Positions 29,475-37,998 of a DNA stretch of 64,000 nucleotides are shown one piece after another. The DNA is taken from contig JAHRAO010000031.1 of NCBI GenBank assembly GCA_020027215.1, forward strand, positions 8,603 through 72,602, given 5' to 3'. Origin of the DNA: Gammaproteobacteria bacterium (GTDB taxonomy: Bacteria; Pseudomonadota; Gammaproteobacteria; JABABF01; JAHRAO01). A program made the position numbers and the translations under genes. Positions within the stretch are counted from its first letter, which is position 1; every line of letters starts with the position of its first letter. Below the pieces are notes generated by a model. It was not told the DNA's origin, searched no databases, and saw only the letters and a program-made list of their open reading frames with translations.

Positions 29475-30608
29475 TTGGATAATAAAAAGATTATTGGCGA
29501 ATTTTGGACCGCCAAACAAAGACAATCAAACAAGATACATGAAATATCGTATAGGGCTTGTTTTAAACCAAACTTAGTGAGATATTTTGTCAATAAATTT
29601 TCTCATGCGGGAGATTATGTATACGATCCTTTTGGTGGCAGAGGGACAACTGCTATTGAATGTGCCTTGATGGGTAGATTAGTTGTTTCAAACGATATAA
29701 ACCCGCTCAGCAAGGTATTTATAGAACCCAGATTGAACCCTCCTTTTTTATGTGATATTGAAAAAAGGATAAATGAAATATTCTCTGAAACTAAAATTTC
29801 CCATAAAGACAATGATCTTTATATGTTTTACCACCAAGATACCTACCAAGAAATACTATCTATCAAAAATTACTTGAATCGTAAAAGACAACTGGGAGAA
29901 GAAGATTATATGGATAAGTGGATTAGGATGGTTGCTACTAATAGATTAACTGGGCATTCAAGGGGTTTTTTTAGTGTTTATACTTTGCCACCCAATCAGG
30001 CGACAAGTAAAGAAAGGCAAATCAAGATCAATCAGGCTAGGAATCAGATACCTGAGTATAGAAACACAAAAAACATTATCATGAAAAAATCAAAATCATT
30101 ATTATCTGAGATTGATCGTCACAGAAAAATTTTGCAAGAAATCAATAAGAAGTCAATAATATTAACTCATTTTGCCCATGAAACAAAAGAAATTCCAGAT
30201 AATTTTATATCATTGGTTGTCACATCACCGCCATTTATGGACATTGTAGATTACTCACAAGATAATTGGTTAAGGTGTTGGTTTAACGATATAGATTTAG
30301 AAGAAATGAAAGCGACGATAACCAGTAGTAAGTCATTGCAGGATTGGGAAAATAAGATGCGGGACGTTTTGATTGAATTGAAAAGGGTGTTAAAAAATAA
30401 ATCTAAAATTATCTTTGAGGTTGGAGAAATAAAAAAAGGGAAAATAAAACTAGATGAAGTTGTTGTGAAAATATCTGAACAAGCGGGACTGCAATATCAT
30501 TCCACTCTCATCAATACTCAGAATTTTACCAAAACCGCTAATATATGGGGAATTAAAAACAATGCAGAAGGGACTAACTCTAATAGAATTGTGATTTTAA
30601 GAAAATGA
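29475..30608 (+). CDS. orphan DNA methyltransferase (N4-C or N6-A; motif I before motif IV)
   Basis: TTG start. FWTAKQR...CFKPNLVRYFV..FSHAGDYVYDPFGGRGTTAIECALMGR (AdoMet motif I) is followed ~190 aa later by LVVTSPPFMD (catalytic motif IV). The gene is visibly more AT-rich than its flanks. No adjacent endonuclease ORF is present. Confidence 0.8.
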   Translation: MDNKKIIGEFWTAKQRQSNKIHEISYRACFKPNLVRYFVNKFSHAGDYVYDPFGGRGTTAIECALMGRLVVSNDINPLSKVFIEPRLNPPFLCDIEKRINEIFSETKISHKDNDLYMFYHQDTYQEILSIKNYLNRKRQLGEEDYMDKWIRMVATNRLTGHSRGFFSVYTLPPNQATSKERQIKINQARNQIPEYRNTKNIIMKKSKSLLSEIDRHRKILQEINKKSIILTHFAHETKEIPDNFISLVVTSPPFMDIVDYSQDNWLRCWFNDIDLEEMKATITSSKSLQDWENKMRDVLIELKRVLKNKSKIIFEVGEIKKGKIKLDEVVVKISEQAGLQYHSTLINTQNFTKTANIWGIKNNAEGTNSNRIVILRK

Positions 30609-30815
30609 GTCAAGGTTATACAAGGTCCCCCGACATAGAATTTTCAGACAGAAATAGAAACAACCGATAAGGGTAAAAGGTGTGCGGAAATGCACAATAT
30701 TCCCGCTGTGTGGCAAGAAAAAGTGATGAAGAAAGACACGCGCACAAGAAGCCACTCAATTTACAAGGCGAATGAATTGATGCTTTTGCACTACAATACA
30801 AAAATACACAACTAT

Positions 30816-30892
30816 GCCGGAATAGCTCAATTTGGCAGAGCAACGCACTTGTAATGCGTAGGTTGTCAGTTCAAGTCTGACTTCCGGCACCA
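30816..30892 (+). tRNA. tRNA-Thr (anticodon UGU), CCA encoded
   Basis: GCCGGAATAGCTCAATTTGGCAGAGCAACGCACTTGTAATGCGTAGGTTGTCAGTTCAAGTCTGACTTCCGGCACCA. The cloverleaf folds by eye. The anticodon loop is CTTGTAA. Confidence 0.93.
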
Positions 30893-30950
30893 TTTCTCGA
30901 TGCAGTGGGTCATACGCTATTCTGATAGTTTTTAGATCTTCTTCCACCTC

Positions 30951-30978
30951 CCGACATTGTGGGCGGTAGTGCTATAAT
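30951..30978 (+). promoter_or_regulatory. putative sigma-70 promoter with extended -10 (TGcTATAAT) for the 31031 gene
   Basis: CCGACA, 16-nt spacer, then TGCTATAAT (TATAAT at 30973-30978), ~50 nt upstream of the ATG at 31031. Confidence 0.35.
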
Positions 30979-31030
30979 AAAGATAAATCCATTATGGATT
31001 CTATGTAATGCGTGAGTGAGGTCACAGACG

Positions 31031-31786
31031 ATGAAAAAAATAGCTATTGCATTGATTGCTTGGATTATTGCGATCAGCGGGCATGCGGCGAATGATTTAC
31101 CCCCGCCAATGGTGGAGGCGCTGGAAAAAGCAATTGATGGCGATCTCCGTAGCGAAAAGGATCGCGCAAGAGATGCCAATCGCAGACCGTTGGATACGTT
31201 AAAATTTTTTGGTGTGCGTAGTAATATGCGTGTATTAGAATTGTTGCCGGGAGAGGGCTGGTACACCAAAATTCTCGGTCCTTATTTGCAACATGGCGGC
31301 GAATTGTCGGTGGCTATAGGCACTCAGCGCATAGAGAAGCGGATAGAAAAGTGGGGATTATCCAAGGTGCGGATTTTAGCGAAGGATACGAAATTTGACC
31401 TCAGTGGCGGGCGCGGATTTTTTTCGTTGAATAAAGTGAAATTGCCAGTGAATTATTTTGACGCGATAGTGACTTTCCGCAATGCCCATAATTTTGGTGC
31501 CCCCTCAAGGAAGATGTTAAACAAAGTCCTATTTAAGTCGCTCACATCTGGTGGAATTTACGCTATCGTCAGTCACACAAAACGACACATGGAACCTTTT
31601 AACAAAGAAACTTGGCGACGAGTTGATCCGGTGCAACTCATTAAAGAAGTCCAGGAAGCGGGCTTTATCTTTGAGGATTATTCTGATATTCATTACCGCC
31701 CAGACGATGAGTTGCGCTACGATACGACTCGCCCATCCATTAACCGCAATAGTGATCGTTTTACGCTGAAGTTTATTAAGCCGTGA
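31031..31786 (+). CDS. exported class I SAM-dependent methyltransferase-like protein
   Basis: The internal ATG gives the signal peptide MKKIAIALIAWIIAISGHA. The motif I-like VLELLPGEGWYT is followed by GGIYAIVSH. Confidence 0.7.
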   Translation: MKKIAIALIAWIIAISGHAANDLPPPMVEALEKAIDGDLRSEKDRARDANRRPLDTLKFFGVRSNMRVLELLPGEGWYTKILGPYLQHGGELSVAIGTQRIEKRIEKWGLSKVRILAKDTKFDLSGGRGFFSLNKVKLPVNYFDAIVTFRNAHNFGAPSRKMLNKVLFKSLTSGGIYAIVSHTKRHMEPFNKETWRRVDPVQLIKEVQEAGFIFEDYSDIHYRPDDELRYDTTRPSINRNSDRFTLKFIKP

Positions 31787-31803
31787 TTATGGTGCCGTGA
31801 GGC

Positions 31804-33252
31804 ATGAGTGTACAGGACAACGGCTGGATAAGCTATTCTTCACAGCATTTTTATGATGAGTTGCTGACTGCGCGGCGACAACCGCGTAGAATAGCACGCA
31901 AACTGATCCCTTACTTACAAAGACTGTCGTTAGACGATCTCAATGCCCGCCATAAGAGCGCTGAATTGGCGATCCGTGAAATGGGCATTTCATTTACTGT
32001 TTATAGCGAAGCCGGGGAAATAGATCGTGCGTGGCCTTTTGATATTATTCCCCGTATTATCCATGAAAAAAATTGGCGTGAAGTGAGCCGCGGACTCGTC
32101 CAACGCGGAAAAGCACTCAATGCTTTTATTAACGATGTTTATAATCAACAACGTATTTTTGCCGATAAAATCATCCCGCCAGAACTCGTATTAAAATCAC
32201 CCTATTACAAAAAAGAATGTAGGGGTATGCAACCAGCTTATGGGGTGTGGTCGCACATTTGTGGGAGTGATTTAGTGCGCGATCACAAAGGCACTTTTTA
32301 TGTTTTAGAAGATAATTTGCGTATCCCGTCAGGGGTTTCTTATATGTTGGAAAATCGTGAGATTACTAAACACGTTTTTCCAGACCTCTTTGAACATTAT
32401 CGGGTGGTTCCTGTTGATGATTACGCTTCGCAACTCTTTCGTATGTTGGCATCACTATCGCCGCGCCAGCGTAAACATCCGTGTATTGTGGTGCTCACCC
32501 CTGGAATTTATAATTCTGCTTATTTTGAACACGTCTTCTTGGCGAAAAGTATGGGCACCAAATTGGTGGAAGGGCGCGATTTGTTTGTGGATACCGATGA
32601 TTGTGTGTATATGCGCACGGTAGATGGTTTGGAGCGTATTGATGTGATTTATCGCCGAGTAGATGATGATTGCCTCGATCCAAAGGTATTTAATAAAGAA
32701 TCTTTATTAGGTGTGCCGGGTTTGATTCGTTCGTGGAGGCAGAATAAGGTGGCGATTGCCAATGCTCCCGGATGTGGTGTTGCAGACAGCAAAGCGGTGT
32801 ATGCCTATGTGCCAGATATGATTCGTTATTATCTCAAGCAAAAACCGATTATTGACAATGTGAAAACATACCTGTGCTCCGATCCGACCGATAGAGATTA
32901 TGTGTTGGATCATATTGACCAATTAGTCATCAAACCAGTCTATTCTTCAGGGGGATATGGAATTACGGTCGGACCACATGTCAGCCGTGCTCAGCGCACC
33001 CGCTGTGCAAAAAGTATTGGGCGTGATCCACGGGGTTATATCGCCCAGCCGATGATTGCACTTTCTACGGCACCGATTTTTGATGGTCGTAAGGTAGCCC
33101 CACGCCATTTGGATTTGCGCCCCTTTATTTTGCAAGGTAAGTCATCATGGGTCACCGCGGGTGGATTAACGCGCGTGGCGATGAAAGAAAATTCTTTAGT
33201 CGTTAATTCATCGCAAGGTGGCGGGAGCAAGGATACTTGGGTGATCCGGTAG
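31804..33252 (+). CDS. circularly permuted type 2 ATP-grasp protein (COG2308 / DUF404-DUF407 type)
   Basis: GSDLVRDHKGTFYVLEDNLRIPSGVSYMLENR, VVLTPGIYNSAYFEHVFLAKSMG, IDVIYRRVDDDCLDP, GVADSKAVYAYVPDMIRYYL, APRHLDLRPFIL and LVVNSSQGGGSKDTWVI. These match the family as I remember it. Confidence 0.88.
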   Translation: MSVQDNGWISYSSQHFYDELLTARRQPRRIARKLIPYLQRLSLDDLNARHKSAELAIREMGISFTVYSEAGEIDRAWPFDIIPRIIHEKNWREVSRGLVQRGKALNAFINDVYNQQRIFADKIIPPELVLKSPYYKKECRGMQPAYGVWSHICGSDLVRDHKGTFYVLEDNLRIPSGVSYMLENREITKHVFPDLFEHYRVVPVDDYASQLFRMLASLSPRQRKHPCIVVLTPGIYNSAYFEHVFLAKSMGTKLVEGRDLFVDTDDCVYMRTVDGLERIDVIYRRVDDDCLDPKVFNKESLLGVPGLIRSWRQNKVAIANAPGCGVADSKAVYAYVPDMIRYYLKQKPIIDNVKTYLCSDPTDRDYVLDHIDQLVIKPVYSSGGYGITVGPHVSRAQRTRCAKSIGRDPRGYIAQPMIALSTAPIFDGRKVAPRHLDLRPFILQGKSSWVTAGGLTRVAMKENSLVVNSSQGGGSKDTWVIR

Positions 33253-33260
33253 ATGATCGT

Positions 33261-34184
33261 ATGTTGAGTAGAGTCGCCGAACGATTGTATTGGACTGCTC
33301 GTTATTTAGAGCGCAATGAAAATTTAGCATGCTTGATTAATACCTACACTCGGTTTGTTTTGGATATCCCCACAACATCGGATTTCGGATGGGATAATCT
33401 CATTCAAGTCGTCGGTGGCGAGGATGCATTTGAGCACCGCTATAAAGATTACTCCGAAAAAAATGTATTGCGCTTTTTAATTACTGACAAAAAAAATCCC
33501 GGCGCTATTTGTTGCACAATGCGAGCCGCCCGCGAAAATGTGCGCACAACTCGCGACACCACGCCCGATCAATTTTGGGAATTAGTCAATGCCTTGTATT
33601 TATACGTTAATGATAATGCCGATAACGCTATTGCGCGCCGTGGGCGTTTTGAATTTCTTGAGCATTTAATCGCAAAAATGCAACAAATGACTGGGGTGAT
33701 TAATTCGAGATTGTCGCGCGAACATGCCTATCATTTTATTCATGTAGGGCGAATGCTGGAGCGTTCGGATATGAGCAGTCGCATTATTGATGTTGCCGTC
33801 ACAATGGCGTTGCGCTACGGTGATAAAACATTGCCCGAGATGAACTGGTTGTGGGCAAATTTGCTCAAATCTTTGGGCGCATTGACCGCCTATCGTGAAA
33901 TAGCCGGTCCTTTGATTGATGCCAATGGAGTGGTCAATTTCATTTTTAACCACACCCAATTTCCGCGTTCTATTCAACATTGCCTCACCGAAATGCAAAC
34001 AATCGCCAAACAATTGCGCCACCCGCAGAAATTTATTCTTTTACTCGGCAAAACACAAAAACGTATTGAGCTACTGCGGGTTGATAAGGTGACTCTCAAG
34101 AAAATGCATCATTTCATTGATCAACTCCAGCGTGATTTCTCACAATTAAATCGCCAAATATACAAACTCTGGCTCGCGCATTGA
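33261..34184 (+). CDS. alpha-E domain protein (COG2307 / DUF403)
   Basis: MLSRVAERLYWTARYLERNEN... and ...HFIHVGRMLERSDMSSRIIDV. It lies immediately after the ATP-grasp gene, which is the canonical pairing. Confidence 0.85.
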   Translation: MLSRVAERLYWTARYLERNENLACLINTYTRFVLDIPTTSDFGWDNLIQVVGGEDAFEHRYKDYSEKNVLRFLITDKKNPGAICCTMRAARENVRTTRDTTPDQFWELVNALYLYVNDNADNAIARRGRFEFLEHLIAKMQQMTGVINSRLSREHAYHFIHVGRMLERSDMSSRIIDVAVTMALRYGDKTLPEMNWLWANLLKSLGALTAYREIAGPLIDANGVVNFIFNHTQFPRSIQHCLTEMQTIAKQLRHPQKFILLLGKTQKRIELLRVDKVTLKKMHHFIDQLQRDFSQLNRQIYKLWLAH

Positions 34185-35224
34185 AAAGATTCTACTGCCA
34201 TCTCTGTAACCACTCGGTTTTCTTTGATAGTATTTCGTGCCTGAATTGTCATGCACTCTTAGGTTTTGATGTGCACCAAATGACCATGCGCGCTGCTTTA
34301 CCAGATGAAAAAGCAGCCTTACCCGATTTCCGGTTGTGTGCCAATGGTTGGCGCTATCAGGCGTGCAATTGGCTGGTCAACGAAAATGACCCTCACCCTT
34401 ATTGCTTTGCATGCCGCTTCAATCGCATTATTTTAGATATGGTCCACGAACAAAACTTATTGCGCTTTCGTTGTTTTGAGCAGGCAAAAAAAAGATTATT
34501 GTTCACTCTATTAGAGTTACAGATCCCATTGCATAATGGATTTGACTCTCCACATGATGGATTATTGTTTGATCTTGTTGAAGATCAGCGAACGGCTCCC
34601 GAACGCTATATAGAAAGCTTTGTACATACGGGATTCAAAGGAGGCGTGATTACCATAAATGCCCTTGAAGCGGATGATGTCTTTAGAGAGCAAATTAAAA
34701 GGGAGATGAATGAACCCTACCGCACATTGCTCGGACACTTGCGGCACGAAATAGGGCATTATTATTGGTCAATCCTTTCGCTTTCTAGTGCAATGCAAAT
34801 CCAATTCCAGAAATTATTTGGAGATGTGCATCAGGATTACAAAAAAGCATTGGAGCATTATTACAATAATGGCAATAGACAATGGCACAATGAATATATC
34901 AGCCGTTATGCCAGTGCCCATCCATTAGAAGATTGGGCTGAAACATGGGGGCATTACTTGCATATTTACGATGCTTTGGATACGGCTTTTTCTTATGGTT
35001 CATTGGCACATTCGCCGGCGACAATGGATATTGGTACGCGCATTTCCACTTGGATGGAGTGGAGTATTATGCTCAATGAATTGAATCGCAGTATGGGTAT
35101 CGACGATCCTTATCCTTTTGTCCTCAACGCACAAGTCATTGATAAATTGACCTATGTGAACCATACCATTGAACAATTACGTGTTCAAGAGATCAGAGCC
35201 CCCGTTTTTAGTCACCGCCGGTAA
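34181..35224 (+). CDS. zinc-ribbon + HExxH zinc metallopeptidase (Peptidase_Mx-like)
   Basis: TTGA start/stop overlap with the alpha-E gene. N-terminal zinc ribbon CHLCNHSVFFDSISCLNC. HExxH motif in LRHEIGHYYW, and a downstream EDWAETWGHY. Confidence 0.75.
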   Translation: MKRFYCHLCNHSVFFDSISCLNCHALLGFDVHQMTMRAALPDEKAALPDFRLCANGWRYQACNWLVNENDPHPYCFACRFNRIILDMVHEQNLLRFRCFEQAKKRLLFTLLELQIPLHNGFDSPHDGLLFDLVEDQRTAPERYIESFVHTGFKGGVITINALEADDVFREQIKREMNEPYRTLLGHLRHEIGHYYWSILSLSSAMQIQFQKLFGDVHQDYKKALEHYYNNGNRQWHNEYISRYASAHPLEDWAETWGHYLHIYDALDTAFSYGSLAHSPATMDIGTRISTWMEWSIMLNELNRSMGIDDPYPFVLNAQVIDKLTYVNHTIEQLRVQEIRAPVFSHRR

Positions 35225-35923
35225 ATTGTTAAACGCGTCTTGGATGTTCTTATCCCAACTGCGACGTAATACCACTAAATAATTATCGTCATCCTGAAAT
35301 GATTGGTAGTAAGGTTCCTGGCAACTGTCTGCAGGCACATACAGCAATTCTATGGGTGGTCCGACTGTCGCATTACTTGCCATAGTGGAATCCATAGACA
35401 CCAATGCACAGCGCATCGCAATTTCTGGCAGGGTATCTTTTCGGATAATCCGATCTAAAATGGGTTTGCCATACTTTGTTTCGCCGATTTGTAGGAAAGG
35501 ATGCTGACCAGAAATAGTAATATAGTTGCCCTCTGGATAAATCATATAAAGCTCGTGTTCACCGCCTTCAATTGTGCCGCCGAGAATGAAGGTTGCTTCT
35601 GTCTTAAAATCGGGTTCTCGCCCATTGGTATATTTTTGTTGGGTTTTAATACTCAATTCGCCAATATAATCCGCTATTTCCCTGATATCGTGTGTTTGGT
35701 AAATTTTGGAGTCATCGCCTTCAATATCGCGGCGGATTTCGGCAATGACCGCTTGTGAGGTGGATAAATTGCCTGCTGCCAATAAGACTATGCGGTGTGA
35801 ATGGTGTTCAAGGAATTGGTGTAGTTTACCGTAAATGCTCACTTTATCTGCCCCAGCATTGGTGCGCGAATCAGAGCAGAAAATTAGCCCCGTTTCAATG
35901 CGGATAGCAATACAGTAGGTCAT
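35177..35923 (-). CDS. Anbu-type proteasome-like Ntn peptidase (COG3484)
   Basis: The N-terminus MTYCIAIRIETGLIFCSDSRTNAGADKVS is the Anbu signature, with Thr2 as the predicted nucleophile. The 248-aa beta-subunit-like length fits. The gene is adjacent to the ATP-grasp and alpha-E genes. Confidence 0.85.
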   Translation of the reverse strand: MTYCIAIRIETGLIFCSDSRTNAGADKVSIYGKLHQFLEHHSHRIVLLAAGNLSTSQAVIAEIRRDIEGDDSKIYQTHDIREIADYIGELSIKTQQKYTNGREPDFKTEATFILGGTIEGGEHELYMIYPEGNYITISGQHPFLQIGETKYGKPILDRIIRKDTLPEIAMRCALVSMDSTMASNATVGPPIELLYVPADSCQEPYYQSFQDDDNYLVVLRRSWDKNIQDAFNNLPAVTKNGGSDLLNT

Positions 35924-35935
35924 CTTCTGTGTGCT

Positions 35936-36343
35936 TTATTCAACTGCGTGTATATCAACAAATATTGCTTTGTGCAGTGCGGCATAGAAATCTTGATAAA
36001 ATTTGGCAACGGTCACTTGGTCGTTACCGTATTGTGCACTTGTTCGCACTAATAATTGATTATTATTTTGTTTCCTCACGCTAATGGTCAGACGGGTATT
36101 CACTTCGCTGGTTTTCAGTGCGGTGATGGTTCCCAATTCTGCATCCGCCCGCTCAATGATAAAATCTAAATCTTGTAGTGTGGCGATGATATTGCGCATC
36201 ATTGCGTTCATATCATTTCCATCAAAAGAGCGCTCTTGCAGAGCACGGAGTTCTAATTGATTAGGCGTGTTCAGTAAGCGTGATGTCAGCGAAGAGCAGG
36301 CACACAACATCATTACAGTCATCACAATCCATATTATTTTCAT
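35936..36343 (-). CDS. lipoprotein (135 aa), paralogue of the upstream 180-aa lipoprotein
   Basis: Lipobox MLCAC. ALQERSFDGNDMNAMMRNIIATLQDLDFII...FYQDFYAALHKAIF parallels LQSRFYSAKDEGQMLAAMVALLQDTGYTI...LYNDFYNKLSKALF. ATGA overlap with the upstream gene. Confidence 0.75.
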   Translation of the reverse strand: MKIIWIVMTVMMLCACSSLTSRLLNTPNQLELRALQERSFDGNDMNAMMRNIIATLQDLDFIIERADAELGTITALKTSEVNTRLTISVRKQNNNQLLVRTSAQYGNDQVTVAKFYQDFYAALHKAIFVDIHAVE

Positions 36344-36882
36344 ATTCGTTTTGCTTCTATGAATAGGGCTTTGGATAATTTGTTGTAAAAGTCATTATAT
36401 AGTTCTTCATCGTTGAGGACTCCAGCCCGCGATAAACTGCCGTCTAGGTTGCGAATCACGCGCTGGAATGTCGTACGCACTACAAATCCCGATTTATCGC
36501 GTTTAGAAGGGCGCGATACTATACTAATACGAATATACTGCTTGTGCTCAAATGACGCAACATGACTTGAAGAGGTTAAGCTACTTAAAAATCCTAAAAA
36601 CATTTTCCCCGCAACATCCTTGGCATTGATCGCACTGGCAATTTTTGATGCCGAAATTAAACCGAGTTTTTTATGGGCGGCATCAATCGTATAGCCCGTA
36701 TCTTGTAACAAAGCGACCATTGCCGCCAACATTTGCCCTTCATCTTTAGCGGAGTAAAACCGAGATTGGAGTTGCCTATCGCCGAGCGTAGTTGGGGTCA
36801 GCGCTAATGGATTTGCCGGAAGGCACGCCGTTAAGAAAAATGCAATAAAAACAACAGGTGCTGTTTGGTAGAGCAGTTCCAT
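36340..36882 (-). CDS. lipoprotein (180 aa), function unknown
   Basis: Lipobox FLTAC. The start shares 1 nt with the upstream stop (TAATG). Confidence 0.75.
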   Translation of the reverse strand: MELLYQTAPVVFIAFFLTACLPANPLALTPTTLGDRQLQSRFYSAKDEGQMLAAMVALLQDTGYTIDAAHKKLGLISASKIASAINAKDVAGKMFLGFLSSLTSSSHVASFEHKQYIRISIVSRPSKRDKSGFVVRTTFQRVIRNLDGSLSRAGVLNDEELYNDFYNKLSKALFIEAKRI

Positions 36883-37277
36883 TAAAACTGCGAAGAACGG
36901 TATGCAAAATCGCGCACTTTATTTTCTTCGTCAAACTTGACAATAATCGTCAAGGAGCGTTGCGTTCGCGAGGCAACTCGGTTTGAATGGGTACCACCTG
37001 CAATAACGGCAAAAATCCATGTATTTTTCTTTGAGATTATTTCCTCAGTGGCAACGCGATCGTATATCCAGACCTCGCCCTGTTCATCGGTGGACACAAT
37101 ATTGGGTGTCCCTAATACCTCTGCAACGGCAACGGCATTCATCCCGATACGAATTTCTTTTTGTACCGTGCCGACGGTCAGTTTTTTAGCCGATGTGTCG
37201 CCCACTTCAGCCGTCTGCTCACTGACTGCGACACAGCCTGCAAAGAGTATGGCGATAAAAAAAATAGAGAACTTCAT
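36882..37277 (-). CDS. BamE/SmpA-OmlA-like small lipoprotein
   Basis: The internal ATG at 37277 gives MKFSIFFIAILFAGC (lipobox). LTVGTVQKEIRIGMNAVAVAEVLGTPN...EVWIYD resembles the SmpA_OmlA fold motif. The longer tracked ORF (start 37325) would overlap the endonuclease gene. Confidence 0.65.
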   Translation of the reverse strand: MKFSIFFIAILFAGCVAVSEQTAEVGDTSAKKLTVGTVQKEIRIGMNAVAVAEVLGTPNIVSTDEQGEVWIYDRVATEEIISKKNTWIFAVIAGGTHSNRVASRTQRSLTIIVKFDEENKVRDFAYRSSQF

Positions 37278-37292
37278 AAAAATTTTTGTTAA

Positions 37293-37300
37293 TAAATTTT
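37293..37300. repeat. 8-bp direct repeat TAAATTTT (left copy), putative target-site duplication
   Basis: It directly abuts the left inverted repeat. An identical octamer directly abuts the right inverted repeat at 38786-38793. Confidence 0.7.
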
Positions 37301-37323
37301 GGACATTATATCTAATGTTAGCC
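37301..37323. repeat. left terminal inverted repeat GGACATTATATCTAATGTTAGCC
   Basis: The reverse complement of 38763-38785 is GGGAATTATATCTAATGTTAGCC. This repeat overlaps the last sense codon and the stop of the endonuclease gene. Confidence 0.9.
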
Positions 37324-37998
37324 ATTAATAAAACCCTTTATTTTGTCTTTTATTTCAGAAATTTTTAGTAATTCTTTGATGAAAAACAATATATTCTTTT
37401 GTCCGTCTTGCTTGCGTAAATATATAATTTCATCATAATCTATTTCTAGCAATTCACAGAATTGTCTACCAGTTAGTATTTCGCCAATAGGTATTTTCTT
37501 TTTGAATCCGTGAAAAATTGCTTCTCGGTCGTTTTGATTAAAGCAACAAATATGACTAGAAACAGTACTTTGCAATCTGTGTCCATTGCGCTCTGCAAAA
37601 CTATGTACTGTTGCCCTCTCCGCAGACGCCTTTTTGGTATCGAAGACATGTCCGTCTTTTAATTCTACGATATAACAGTTTTGTTTGCCGTGCCTTCGCT
37701 TAAATATAATAAAATCAGGTTCGGCAATTCCACTATGGTCAAAAAGTTCACATTTCTTTACTTGTTTTTTTGGTGCAACAGATACCCCTTCTGGTATTAA
37801 TTCTTTTTCTAAAAAGTCGTCTAGGTTCTCTATTTTATATACCCTATTCATTATCATACGCTCTAATTCAAAGCCAGCAGATATGACTGTCGATTGTATT
37901 CTGCTAATAAGTTGCCCTAGCGATTTATTGCCAAATACCCTTTCATATCCGCCAGAGGATTCCTTAACCCTGCTGTTTTCAATGAGTGCCATACACAA
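37318..37998 (-). CDS. type II restriction endonuclease (PD-(D/E)xK)
   Basis: 226-aa ORF overlapping the 3' end of the methyltransferase gene by 20 nt. The candidate catalytic motif is AEPDFIIF...YIVELKDG. Specificity is unknown. Confidence 0.7.
   Translation of the reverse strand: MCMALIENSRVKESSGGYERVFGNKSLGQLISRIQSTVISAGFELERMIMNRVYKIENLDDFLEKELIPEGVSVAPKKQVKKCELFDHSGIAEPDFIIFKRRHGKQNCYIVELKDGHVFDTKKASAERATVHSFAERNGHRLQSTVSSHICCFNQNDREAIFHGFKKKIPIGEILTGRQFCELLEIDYDEIIYLRKQDGQKNILFFIKELLKISEIKDKIKGFING

Noticed and set aside
30690-30815. 54-codon ORF (MHNIPAVWQEKVMKKDTRTRSHSIYKANELMLLHYN...) whose YKANELM stretch recalls the N-terminus of Rep_3 plasmid initiators.
   Set aside because: The similarity covers only ~8 residues. 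The ORF runs into the tRNA gene and has no SD. Too weak to call.
29412-31030. A tRNA-Thr-associated genomic island carrying the orphan methyltransferase.
   Set aside because: No integrase is present. I could find no duplicated tRNA 3' end or att-like direct repeat. The methyltransferase lies 5' of the tRNA rather than 3'. I kept only the weaker claim of AT-rich, probably acquired DNA.
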